A stretch of DNA of 64,000 nt, from contig OZ024745.1 in assembly GCA_964016885.1 (NCBI GenBank), positions 36,270,001 through 36,334,000 on the forward strand, read 5' to 3'. The position numbers and the translations under genes were made by a program. Below the pieces are notes generated by a model. The model was not told where the DNA came from and did not search any database. It saw only the letters and a list, made by a program, of their open reading frames with translations. The stretch is from Eledone cirrhosa (lineage: Eukaryota). Numbering within the stretch: position 1 is the first letter of the stretch; every line of letters begins with the position of its first letter. Below, piece after piece: positions 44,096 to 59,532 of the stretch.

Positions 44096-44372
44096 GATAA
44101 TCGCCGCTGTTCACTTTGCTGAAGTCGACCACGTCGTTGCTCTATGATTTCAATATTTCGTGCAGCAGCAGTGACAGCGGCGTCCCTACTTCGTCAAACG
44201 GCGCGTCGTCCTTCATCCACTTGAGCGCGAGCAGAGGCTGTTGCAGTGGCGTCCCTGCTTCGTCGAACAGCCGTCGTCCTTCATCCGCTTGAGCGCAAGC
44301 AGCGGCTGTTGCAGTGGCGTCCCATTAAGCTATTATTTCTTGGTTATGTCAATATTTATAAAACAAACTTTG

Positions 44373-44433
44373 TATTTTATCTGATGAGAGCGTACCAACA
44401 TTTTGGTACCCTTGAAATATATATAATAGAATA
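44373..44433 (+). ncRNA. Type I HHR, family C
   Basis: tattttat-CTGATGA-gagcg.tacca.acattt.tggta.ccctt-GAAAT-atat-ATA-atagaata. An internally deleted minus-strand copy lies at 45198-45250. Confidence 0.75.
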
Positions 44434-44960
44434 AATATGGTTTTATAAATATAGTTTCCATTTATTTAATATCATCGTATATATATATATATATATATAG
44501 TAATAATAATAAAATTGAAGACTAAAATCCAAAGAGGACTCGATAAGGAAAATATACATCAAATATATAAGAACCGTAGAGCAAATATTTATTAAAATAA
44601 CAGATTAAAGTTTAAGCAAAGAATCGCTGCTTTCACCCTTAACGGGATCTTCTGAAACTAACAAAGTCAATCTGTAAACGCAGAACTGGATATTTCAAAA
44701 AATGTTGCAACCGGAGGAAGACAGGAAGACGATACTTTGGTACGTGGTAACATTCGCTGGCAAAGAACGGGAAAAAACGAATAATACGTCATTAATAGGA
44801 GCGGTGAAAAACAATTACGCGCAAAGACAAAACCACGTTTATATATATATATTCATAAAAGGAATTCCAACTTTGTCTGATTTACTCGTTTTATTTACAA
44901 TCCTTTAAAATGTATAATGCTATTAGAATGAAATAGTATGGTAGAATGTTAAGTGTTAAT

Positions 44961-44999
44961 TGAACAAGTACTTTCATGCTTTCGCAATCTTCAGGTTCA
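44961..44999 (-). ncRNA. Minimal 39-nt type I HHR in the spacer of an inverted repeat
   Basis: tgaac-CTGAAGA-t.tgc.gaaa.gca.t-GAAAG-ta-CTT-gttca; inverted-repeat arms about 44853-44910/45027-45083. Confidence 0.75.
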
Positions 45000-45258
45000 T
45001 AATGTGTGGTGACAGTCAAGTTTGCAATTTTAAAGGATTGTAAATAAAACGAGTAAATCAGACAGAGTTGGAATTCCTTTTATTAATATAATCTTCTATA
45101 CACAATCATACACACCCGTGTATATTTATCTATCTATATCTATCAATGATATTAAATAAATGGAAAGTATATTTATAAAACCATATTTATTTATTTATTC
45201 TATTATATATATATTTCAAAACGTTGGTACGCACTCATCAGGTAAAATACATATAGGT

Positions 45259-45297
<39 letters not shown>

Positions 45298-45989
45298 CTC
45301 CTTGGTTATTTTCCTTTTCATCATGTTAAATCTTTAATATTTTTACTCGCTTCACATTTCATTTCTCCACAACTAATTTCCTTAATTATATTATTTTCAT
45401 TAACCTCATTAGTATCTTATTGATTATCATTTCATTTCTCTATATTTAGAAGTTTATAACTCACTCTTTAAATATTTTTGTGTCTAGTATATCTATTGTT
45501 CATCTTGCTGAATTTAATAAGGTTCTTGCTTACGGTGTGTTTTAGTTTCAAGGAAGCTTACGATGAAATTATTCCATTTGTAACAAGCCTATATAATTGA
45601 ATGTGTAATGCTTTTAAGTCAGTGTGAAATGTACCTGATGTTTCTAGCATATCGGTCAACCGCTTAGTATTGCCCTCGTTTTCTGGTAATTAGTGAGATT
45701 GTTATATATTGAATTACCATGTTGTTGTTAAATATGTCTCGCCGCGTTCTATATATATATATATACACACACACACAGGCATGCGCACAGGCCCTTGCTT
45801 ATAAATCTGTGCACATGCGTACGTGTGCACGAGCTTCTTTTACTAACTGTATTTAACAAAATGTATTCAAATTATAAGTGTTAACTTAGCCAATCAGGTG
45901 AATATCGAACGATTTGTTAGGTACCAAATTAAAATAAATGTTGAGACCACTATGTTTGTGGGTAATTCTTCGGGGAATCTGCACTAGCG

Positions 45990-46265
45990 TTTTATAATAA
46001 TAATGAAATGTTTTGTGTACAGTGCTCAGGTGTACTACAACTCATCAAAGGTGCATGTATAGCACATAGAGTAATATACTAATGTCAGGAAAATGAACAG
46101 GTAAATGTCTTCGTGTGTATGGGAGGGGGAATATCAGGTGTAGTGTTGGCAAATTTCAAGAAGCATGGAAGTTTTAAAGGATGCAGTGTCTCGGCAGTTA
46201 ACAACTGATGCAGGTAGCTTGTTCCATGCTTCAGCAACTCTGAGCGTAAAAAATGTTTTGAAACC
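45990..46265 (-). mobile_element. CR1/L2-group LINE 3' end
   Basis: F.TLRVAEAWNKLPASVVNCRDTASFKTSM...* followed by a 3' UTR and (ATT)n tail. Confidence 0.8.
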
Positions 46266-47930
46266 ATCTTTGATATTTATTGATTCTTATAGTATTTGAA
46301 AAAACCTATCCCTGCTTTATGCTCTTCAGTTTTGTCTTTATAATGGTTCTGTTCTTTCTCCTGATGCTGCTGCTACTATTTTTGTTGTTTTTGTTATTGC
46401 TGCTGCTGATGATCTGAATGATTTCATGTTATGATTCCAGAGTTGCAGAATCGGTATTCGATCTGGATCTTTACATACTGAGGTTAAATTCTGCCAGTCA
46501 AATTTATCTTTCATACTTTGCAGGTAAATAAAACCTGCCTTCAATCAAATCGACTAAGAACCCCCACCTCCCGGACAGAAAATTACTGGCTCCGAGTGTA
46601 AATTGAAAACGATTGTCTATTTTCTTATTTTCCACAGTTATATCCGAATGCCTATTTCCCCTCTTCACAATTCGCAAAAAGCAAAATTAAACAATGCTTT
46701 GTATAATTAATATGAAAACAATACCAAAAGAAGGTTTTTGGCATCAATTTTCCCCATCTATAAAGAAAACATTTTTCACACACATTTCTCTATTGATGCC
46801 ATGTTGCAGTTATTTTTGGTTTGTGTTTTACATTTTAGGCAGCAGTGGGATATGTAGTGTTACCTTAAGATTTGTAAGGGCCTCACCTATTTATGGGAGT
46901 TATGGAAGCATGTACCTTCAAACTAGACACCTGGGCCGAATGCTTGGAACACACTCTACTCTATTACTGCCATTCGAAAACCATGTGCTGTTGTTAAATT
47001 TAACAAGTTAATCAGCCTCCCAAACAAATAGACCTCTGCAGGATTTATTCTTGGAAACAATTAGCCGGAATGAAGACCACAAAGATGATTGGAAATTACC
47101 ACCAATCTATCGCTTTGGAGCGTTTTAATTTTATTTTTTTCCAAAGACGAAAATAAATCTTGAAATCGTCAGGAATGACACGCTCAGACAACTACTGCCA
47201 GCAATTTTGCCATACACAAACGAATCAACTAATTCGCTGCGTTTCTTTTAATATAAATCCTTGCAGTTATTGTTGTTTACATTGATTTTACTGTGCAATC
47301 CTACGTTCTAAAAGGACATTAGCCAATTTGGCCCTCCCGATTTCTAAAGGTATAGTGTAATTTAGTTGTATATATTAATTTAGTTAGAATTTTCAACTTC
47401 TACCTCAAGCAGGATATAGCTCTTTTGTTATTCTATTGGGGTTGCTGGGATTCAATTCTTACAGACTTAAATAATAACCACAGTATTGCTGCTAAAACTG
47501 CTACTCATTTCTATTCGTAAAAGAGGTTTATGTCACCTCGTTATTTCAACGCTGCTACACCTTTCTCCTTATTAGTTCGGTGTTATGTACTAGTTTATAT
47601 ATTTACGTTGTTATCTAGTTATATATATATATATATATATATATATCTTTTATTGTCAGTTAAAAAGAAAGTATGAATGCCATTCTCTATCATGCTATGC
47701 TACTAATTAGAACCATGTAATCCATAGAAGTTGAGTTAAAACGGTGCGTTTCTTACGAACAATGGGTACATGTTGAAATTGTCTTGCCTGGTTCAAACAA
47801 ATTTTTTCTCATTACATTTTCTGAACACTTTGAATATCAGCATTGGTCTGTAATGCAAACGAAAGCTTGAATTAATCTTCTGAGAGAGAGAAAGTGGTGT
47901 GTGTGTATGTGTGTGTGTATGTGTGTGTGT

Positions 47931-47973
<43 letters not shown>

Positions 47974-48239
47974 GCGTGCGTGCGTAAAACATAATAGTAT
48001 GAAGATATGCGTCCGGTAAAGGGTTGAATTGGAGCGAAAATTATAATGAAGGGAATTTGTTGGGCAGAGAAAAATGTTGAAAAACAAGGGAAGAAATATA
48101 CATAGATATCGAGTGGAAAAAAATCATATATATTTTCTTTTTAAGTGACAATAAAAGATATATATATATATATATATATATAATACATGTGTGTGTGTGT
48201 GTGCGTATATAAGTGTGTGTATATATATACACACACATT

Positions 48240-48366
<127 letters not shown>

Positions 48367-49992
48367 TTGTGCGTGTGTTTGTGTGAGTATTGAGATACAA
48401 ATATATATGATAATTCGTTACATAAAAATAAAAGTACGTGGGTAAAGTGCAATATATATTAATTGTTACGAGTTTTAGCGAATATTTCTAAAGCGTTATT
48501 CAGTATCTCATGAACACCTCATTAATGAACTAATTAATTAGGCAATCATCAGCCAATAACTTGTAGTAATATCTGTAGATAATCCTGTTGTGTACATAAA
48601 AATCAACAGGATAGGTTGCACAACTCATAAATCCACGTATGCATAGTCTTATATAACTTGTAAGAAATATAACAGTCAAGTACATGGTTTCAGAGAAATA
48701 GAGATAAATAAAAAGACAAATAAAAACGAAGAAATTAATCAAAATATAAAGATGAGAAAGGAACAAAAAAAGGAGCCATGTTGCGGGGATGGCAATTAAA
48801 AGAGAGACATTAGTATTGTAGGAGATCAAGGCAGCAGTATATATGTAATTAATTCACTCTATCGACCCCGAAAGTAAGATGCTTGCATACATACATCCGT
48901 TTATTGATATTACGTTGTATGGTCCATTCGGGAATATGAGAGAGAAAACGCACACGTTACCTTGTATGATATGAGGAGCAGATAAATATGAAGATGAGGT
49001 TTAAGCGTTTTCCTAATACATAATATTATGAAGATTATGTGCATATGTTTTCTCAACTCTATGAATTACATCTTAATATATAAAATAAAGTACCAGTAAT
49101 GCACTGGTTAATCGCTGGCCTTGTGCCTAACGTAGAAACAATTAAATCGCATCTTATAAATTACATCTTATAAATTACATCTTATAAATTACATCCTATT
49201 TATTCCCATTCTCATAAGTCCTGTTTTTCCCAAATATCTTCTTATAATTGATATCAGTAACATATTCCGTCCGACATTAGATGTATTTAGAAAATGTGGT
49301 AACACAGAAGTACAATTGATGTAGGGTTGTATGAATATATTTCCATATTTTTTAAGTAGTGTTTCTTTAATAGCTTATGGTTTGGTTTGATGGCTGGAAC
49401 TACAATGCCATGTATTCCTGCTTGGTTAGCACTAATAAACTAATGATTGAGTCAGTAATGAAACATTACATGGCTGAGATACAACTGAAGTAAAAATATT
49501 TTCTAACGTTCTACATTATATTATTCATTTTATTCAGGTTTTCAATAAAGTTTCAGTAATACCCCAGCCTACACATCTTTGGTTCAATAACTGCCACCTA
49601 CTGCCATTTATTTCTATTTACCGCCAGTAACCAAAACAATATCAAACAATTGTTACATGATTGAAACAAAGACGATAATCAAAATTACAATGATAAACTT
49701 TTTTAAAAAGTAATAAATTGCAAATCATAATTCTTTCTTTTTTCATTCTTTTCGATCTTTTGTACCATAAAAGTGACATTTACCATAGTTATCACCTCTT
49801 CATTTTATTTTCACATAAAACACGTATATGCATATGTTTATAAGAAAAAAATTTTAAACATTTTCATATAATACATTTTATTCAGAATTTATATATACAT
49901 TTGGACAATTATTTATCAGAAGAGAAATAAAGATACCAGAGTACAGGGTCCCCCCTCTCTTTCACTCACTTTCTCTCATACACACATACAGG

Positions 49993-50025
<33 letters not shown>

Positions 50026-50079
50026 GTATAATGATACACACACACGCACATACACACACATATATATATACATATATAC

Positions 50080-50140
<61 letters not shown>

Positions 50141-50512
50141 TCATATATTTTATAAATATATGTCTGTGATTCTGTAATTCTGTGTCTGCATATAATGATA
50201 CGTAGGAATCATATTCTAGTGACCTTACATACATATATCCGAGATGAATATGAATGGGGTTTAACAGATAAAGAATACAGGTCAAAATATATATTATATA
50301 ATATATATTATATCGTATAGAATGAAGAATCAATTAATTATCTAGATTCGGAATTCAATCTTATTTCATATATTTTCAATTTTTTTAATTTTCGTTAATA
50401 AAAATTATTCGATGGTATTATTTTCAAATTTCAACAATAGTCCTAATGAATACGACTCTGTATTCAATGTATACGACTCTGTATCTTATTATTTAGCATA
50501 AATAAAACATAA

Positions 50513-50570
<58 letters not shown>

Positions 50571-50575
<5 letters not shown>

Positions 50576-51156
50576 TTGAAATATATTGAAAACGAAATTT
50601 CATTTCTCACTCTTAGAACGGCACTTACTTAAATGTAAGTATGTGTGTATACGTACATATATATATGTATACAGACGTACAGTAGCATGCATATATATAT
50701 ATATATATATAGATAGATATATACATACAGGTACACATACATATATGCACGTATCAGTTCAGCGGACGCTTATTATAACGCCGCTTTGTTCGTTTGTAAA
50801 CAAACTGAACAGCCTGAATTTTATGCCGTACGGTGTTAAGGCAACCACGTCACCTTTTTGTTCAACACTGACACAGGAACGATGTACTAGTTTCAAGCTT
50901 GTTAGCTATCATCATCACCGTATACCCTTCTGCTAGATAGTTGAACGTTCGAAAGTATATACTTTCCTTATGAAAATTAATGGCTGAGCAGCCTAATTTG
51001 CATATCGAGTGAGTTAAGTCGGTCAGGCATACCGAAAACGATAAGTTGAAATAAAATGAAAACGAAATTTCATTTCTCACTCTTAGTACGGCACTTACTT
51101 AAATGTAAGTATGTGTGTATACGTACATACATATATGTATACAGACGTACAGTAGC

Positions 51157-51211
<55 letters not shown>

Positions 51212-51664
51212 CATACAGGTACACATACATATATGCACGTATCAGTTTAGCGGACGCTTATTATAACGCCGCTTTGTTCGTTTGTAAACAAACTGAACAG
51301 CCTGAATTTTATGCCGTACGGTGTTAAGGCAACCACGTCACCTTTTTGTTAAACACTGACACCGACTTAACTCACTCGATATGCAAATTAGGCTGCTCAG
51401 CCGTTAATTTTCATAAGGAAAGTACATACTTTCGAACGTTCAACAATCTAGCAGAAGGGTATACGGTGCTGATGATAGCTAACAAGCTTGAAACTAGTAC
51501 ATCGTTCCTGTGTCAGTGTTGAACAAAAAGGTGACGTGGTTGCCTTAACACCGTACGGCATAAAATTCAGGCTGTTCAGTTTGTTTACAAACGAACAAAG
51601 CGGCGTTATAATAAGCGTCCGCTAAACTGATACGTGCATATATGTATGTGTACCTGTATATATT

Positions 51665-51697
<33 letters not shown>

Positions 51698-51752
51698 GCA
51701 TGCTACTGTACGTCTGTATACATATATGTATGTACGTATACACACATACTTA
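50571..51752. mobile_element. Family A: 470-bp tandem monomers plus an inverted arm, between (TA)n tracts
   Basis: ataagttgaa at 50571 and 51041; inversion junction at about 51360. Confidence 0.9.
51463..51505 (+). ncRNA. Minimal type I HHR, family A
   Basis: acggtg-CTGATGA-t.agc.taacaa.gct.t-GAAAC-ta-GTA-catcgt. The minus-strand copy at 50879-50921 has a C3-to-A change. Confidence 0.8.
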
Positions 51753-52807
<1,055 letters not shown>

Positions 52808-52911
52808 AAGTATTTCGTATCTCCAAGAAAATACGGTTTTAGGAAGCCGTAGCTATGCAAACACCGGGGGGCTAACGCCCTCTGGTGATGTCCAACAGAA
52901 GCAAGGGGGAC

Positions 52912-52957
52912 AACCGTCTATGCATTTCAGGCTTAACTGGCCTTCGTCAGGACGGTC
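52912..52957 (-). ncRNA. Minimal type I HHR, family B
   Basis: Exact reverse complement of 53370-53415. Confidence 0.85.
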
Positions 52958-53369
52958 CCTCCCATCGCTTGCGACTGCTGGACTAGAAGACAGCCGAGAA
53001 AATATACTTTTCTCGACTGTGTAAATGAGGTGATTAATCTCATTTGCATATGAAGCTGCATAAGTTGGCTCAACTTATAAGAAAAAAGAATGCATAGACG
53101 GTTGTCCCCCTTGCTTCTGTTGGACATCACCAGAGGGCGTTAGCCCCCGCCCCCCGTGTTCCTAAAACCGTATTTCCTTGGAGATACGAAATATTTATAC
53201 ATATTGTATAAAGCTATGCTTGAAACGAAATCCTATTTATTTTTTATTATAAGTTCAGCCAACTTATGCAGCTTCATATGAAAATGAGATTAATTACCTC
53301 ATTTACACAGTCGAGAAAAGTATATTTTCTCGGCTGTCTTCTAGTCCAGTAGTCGCAAGCGGTGCGAGG

Positions 53370-53415
53370 GACCGTCCTGACGAAGGCCAGTTAAGCCTGA
53401 AATGCATAGACGGTT
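53370..53415 (+). ncRNA. Minimal type I HHR, family B (fully canonical core)
   Basis: gaccgtc-CTGACGA-aggc.cagttaa.gcct-GAAAT-gc-ATA-gacggtt. Confidence 0.88.
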
Positions 53416-53584
53416 GTCCCTCTTGCTTCTGTTGGACATCACCAGAGGGCGTTAGCCCCCCCGGTGTTTGCATAGCTACGGCTTCCTAAAACCGTATTTC
53501 CTTGGAGATACAAAATATTTATACATATTGTATGAAGCTATGCTTGATGCGAAATCCTATTTCTTTTTTTATATATATATATAT

Positions 53585-53642
<58 letters not shown>

Positions 53643-54200
53643 CATATATACTTATGTTTATGTGTGTATGTATGCAACAGTTTATATATCCTTCTCACTT
53701 TGGTTTCAAACAGAAATCAATTGATTTTATAGTTAATGCTTAAATATATCTGCTAGATTGCTTTTAAAAACTGCGTCGGCATGTGTTGTGATATGTGAAG
53801 AGAACGTTTCCGGTAGTATTCCAGCAAATATTTACTCCAATATATTGGTTTTAAAATCATACTTAATAACAACATGTCTTATCGAAACTTTCGAAACAAA
53901 CAGAACATTCCTGGAACATTGAAGACGTGATGTTAATATTTCACGATTTTATTACGCTTGCATATGGTGACAGTGAATTATTATTCAATCAATTGAATTA
54001 CATGAGATCGGAAAGATAAATATATATTATTAAGAAGAAGCATGTCAAGAATTCGCAAGACATGGAGATAAAACATATTTCGGGTATTTATGGAAAATAA
54101 CAATAAGATTTTGTAATTAATTATTTGTACTGACGAGAATATATCATCCTAACATCAATTGATATCTCTGAAAATTCTGGAGGTTATCCATACATCAATG

Positions 54201-54251
<51 letters not shown>

Positions 54252-54262
54252 TCTCTCTCCCT

Positions 54263-54304
<42 letters not shown>

Positions 54305-54395
54305 ATTTCTCTCTCTCTCTCTCTCTATTTCTATCTCTCTCTATCTATCTATCTATCTCCCTCTCTATCTCTTTATATATATATATATATATTTA

Positions 54396-55727
<1,332 letters not shown>

Positions 55728-56189
55728 TTTAAGATGTTAGTATGGTCGAAACAAGAGAAGAAAAGAAATCCTTCATCAGCTGTAAAACCGAGATCAAGAT
55801 GTTTCGGCGCTTAATACAGGATATCTAAAAGCGATCAGCGGCGCGCCCAAGTCCTTTTCTCAATCAAAAGGCCAGGAGGGAAACAAAAGAAAAAAGAAGA
55901 AAAAAAGGGGAATGTAGTGAGGAGAGAGGAAGAAAGTGAAAAAAAACCAGGTAAACAGACCAGATAGTGAGTGTGGACACAGGTCAATGGAACATTCAAG
56001 GAGAAAAAAAATGTATATATATATTTAGCTAATCGGATGGTTGTTTCTATATTGTCAAAGTGTTTTCGTCATACATTCTGTGACCTCCTCAGTAAGTATG
56101 TTTTTATTTTGAGTCTCTTCTTTGTTTTGCTCCTACACCATTTTGTTTGCTCTTGTTGTTACAGCCGTTGTCTTGTCGTCGGTGTTTTC

Positions 56190-57995
56190 GTCGCTTGATG
56201 AACGATAGAAACCTGCCACCAATGCCAGAAACTACTGAGCTCCACAACACACCATCGAGGAGGTTTCTTCTCCCATGTTGCTTTGAGTATTGTGTTGACT
56301 GGCTGGCAATGCCTGTCTGACCATCAGCCGTTCCGATCATCAGACAAGCACATACACACATACATATATACACACTCACCATAGATGGACCAGACATACT
56401 ACACTTTTGCATGTCGCTTGAGCGCTCCTGCTGATTTACATTCTCTGCCACATGCTTGGCAAGCATGATGAGTAGCATCTCCACAGCAGCCTGGTAGTCA
56501 ACCACTGGTCTTACTTTATGACTGCGAAGATGACTTTTTAGTCCAGCTTTGCTTAGGCAGAGTCTCGCACAGACGCTGCATGTCAGCACCATAGGAGGAC
56601 CCTCGCCGTCTGGAAGTGCAACAGCAATTCCCTTCCTCACATCCCGCTTTACTTTCTCGTATGCGATTCGAGATGCCTCAAAGGCAACTTTTACCTCATA
56701 TACAGTCTTTCTCCATTTATTACGATCAGAGCAATATTTTCCCATGTATCAGCATAGATGTTAGCGTCTTTCAAAGAGGCTTTCAAGGAATCCTTATACC
56801 TCTTTTTTGGTTTATGTGGCGGTCGTTTTCCTTTAACCAACTCCCCATAAAAGAGTTGTTTTGGTATTCTAGAATCCTTCATCCTGGCAAGGTGACCACT
56901 CCAACGGAGTCGTTGCTTAAGCAAAGAGCTTCTATACTGTCACACATAGAGCTTTCCAAAATCTCGACATCACTGATGTGGTCCCTCCAGTGAACGCCAT
57001 GGATCCGTCTGAGACACATCTGATGGAAACGCTCCAATTGCTTAAGGTGGTGTCGATATGTGACTCAGGTCTCGCAGGCATAAAGAAGACAAGAGAGTAC
57101 ACATGCCTTGTACACCTTTACCTTTGTCCTCCTGCATATGTCTCGCCGACCCCAGAGTCGCCTTTCTAGCTTTTTCCGAAAGCATCACTTGCTTTCCTAA
57201 TCCTAAGCGAGATTTCACTGTCGAGGTTGCTGTATCGATTGACAGTGCTTCCCAGGTAGACAAACTGATCAACCACTCTAAGTCGTTTACCATACACATA
57301 GATATTTGGTTCAGTGTACTGCTTACCAGGGGCAGGTTGGTTCATGACGACGGTTTTTGTGTGACTGACAGTCAATCCTAGGGCAGTGCAAGCGTCAGAT
57401 AATGCATTGAAAATGTGCTGCATATCACTCTCTGTGTGCCCTACAAGATCGCAATCATCTGCATACAAGAGGTCTCTTATGATTGACGTAAATACTTTTG
57501 TCTTTGCAGCAAAGCGCCTTATGTTAAATGTGCTGCTTGAGGTTCGATATCGGATGTAAACTTAATGTTCGCAATTCCTGAATGCAATACAGAAAACATT
57601 GCAAAGTATATGGCAAACAGGGTCGGTGCTCGAATATCCCCCTGTTTCACTCCATTTTAGACACACATTGCAGATTGTGTTCTTCCTGAAAGTCAATCTG
57701 GTTTTCATGCTGGACGTGGCACTACTGATATGATCTTCTCAGCTAGACTGCTCTAGGAGAAGTGCATGGAACGAGTTTGGATCTGTATCAAGTTTTTGTC
57801 GATCTTACAAAAGCTTTCGATACTGTTAACAAAGATGCATTATAGAAGGGACTATAGAAACTTGGTTGCCCTGATAAGTTCCTTACTTTAGTTAGGTCTT
57901 TCCATGACGACATGAAGGCTTGGGTTAATGTCGGAGGTAAAATGTCGGGCCCTATCTCAGTAAAAAATGGAGTGAAACAGGGGGATATTCCAGCA
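56190..57995 (-). mobile_element. RTE-clade LINE, 5'-truncated with an inverted 5' segment
   Basis: Minus strand: GVKQGD, LLYADDCDL, FVYLGS, RLRWSGHLARM, RIPKQLFYGEL, C2H2 CSVCARLCLSKAGLKSHLRSH. Plus strand 57660-57995: QSGFHAGRGTTDMIF, FVDLTKAFDTVN, GVKQGD. Frameshifted; the 3' boundary is approximate. Confidence 0.9.
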
Positions 57996-58281
57996 TACAT
58001 ACATACATACATACAAACATACATACATACATACATACAGACAGACACATATAATATATTTATATATATATATGTGTGTGTGTAAATAGGGAGAAACAAA
58101 CGAATATTAGGAAGAAAAATATTTTTTTTTCCTTTAATTTTTTTCTCTTTTTTCTGGGTTACAAAATGTTTAAAACAAAATATTTTACTTTGTGCGAAGT
58201 ATTAAGGTATCAGTTAAATTGTTTATTAATTAACAATAGCATTGATTTATTTATTTATTAATTTATTTATTTAAAAATTGT

Positions 58282-58319
58282 CAATTACCGGTTTCAGCAT
58301 TTTATGCATTGTCAAATTA
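58282..58319 (-). ncRNA. Decayed minimal HHR in the 3' pseudo-LTR of the Neptune element
   Basis: taat-TTGACAA (from CTGACGA)-tgca.taaaa.tgct-GAAAC-cg-GTA-attg. Confidence 0.6.
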
Positions 58320-58809
58320 TGTGAGTGGGAGAGAAAAAAAGGGGGGAATTTGTATTGGTATGTAATGTAGGAGAGAAGATAAGGTGATGTTGAACGTGCT
58401 ATGGAAATGAGAAAGAAGGAATAATATTATTTACAAAGAAGGTTTTTGAAGTAAAAAAAAAAGGCGTGATGATAAGTAAAGGGAAAGAAAGAATATTATT
58501 TGCAGGCATAGTTCTTGAGGATAAGCAGTTCAAAAACTGTTATGAGGATAAGCAGTTCAAAAACAGGAGCGCTTAGAGGAGTTGATTCATGAGAGGGGGG
58601 GGGGGGCAAGTGGAGTCTGGGATTGGATATGTTTTCGCTTTTTAGAGAGTTAATATGCAGGGGGAAGTAATTCAGGGTGGTAGGGTAGGAGAAAGAGGAG
58701 AGAGGGGGTAATTCATTTATATAAGAAAAGGGATTAGGTAGGGTGTTAGGGAGGTAACTCTTTAGAGAACGTAGGAATTTTGGGCTATGGTTCATTGTTC
58801 GTTCCAGTT

Positions 58810-59230
58810 TTATTTTAATCCGAAGTTTAGTCCATTAAGTAGAGGTTGGAATTTGTTAATGAAGTACGTTTCCTTATTGGTACGATGGATGAAAGAAGCG
58901 TTGTCTATGAAATTGTAAATGGGGTAAACTTTAAAGCTTGGTTGTTGGTTAGGTGCACAATTGGCGATATGTTCACTAAAAGCAATCTTTCTGTATTCCT
59001 GTATTTTGATTTGTGATCTATGGACGGTTATACGTTGTCGGAGGCTGTTTTTTATCTGTCCTATGAGGTGCTCTCGACAATCTGAGCACGTCAAAACATA
59101 GATTAGGTTTTCAGATGCACATTTAAAGTTGTGGTTAACTGTGAAATGTTGTCCTTGTTTAAAGTGTAATGTTGAACCTTCTATTAGATTTATGCATATA
59201 CCACAGTTGGGCCATCCGCAACTTTTACTG
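58810..59230 (-). pseudogene. PLE Cys-rich linker plus GIY-YIG endonuclease
   Basis: SKSCGWPNCGICINL...FKCASENLIYVLTCSDCREHLIGQIKNSLRQRITVHRSQI...EH...E.YFINKFQPLLN. Confidence 0.9.
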
Positions 59231-59532
59231 TAGGGTTTATTGTGAGGGTTGGTTGGATTTTGGATTGTGTGAGGATGTTTTTTTATGGATTTAGATTGCC
59301 TTTTGCTCTTTTTGATGTTTGTGTGCTTGGAGGATTTTGTTCATTCTTGGGTCTCTTTTTAGTAAAGGAATGTTCTGGGGGATGGTGTCGAATGCCTCAT
59401 TGTTGAGGAGGTTGTCTGTGGAGATGGATGGTAGAGTTTTCTGTTTCTGTTCATTCCTCGGTTTGGGGTGTCTGATTTCCTGGATGTTGAGTTTTAGGCA
59501 CCTTGGAATCCATTGTCGATTAGGGATGGTGG

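Larger units (their letters stand above)
42727..44325 (-). mobile_element. Decayed Helitron (3' part)
   Basis: The minus strand ends ...ccgtgtacctctgCTAG|t at about 42727. It contains a helicase remnant and a 95-bp repeat, and is more GC-rich than its flanks. Confidence 0.75.
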
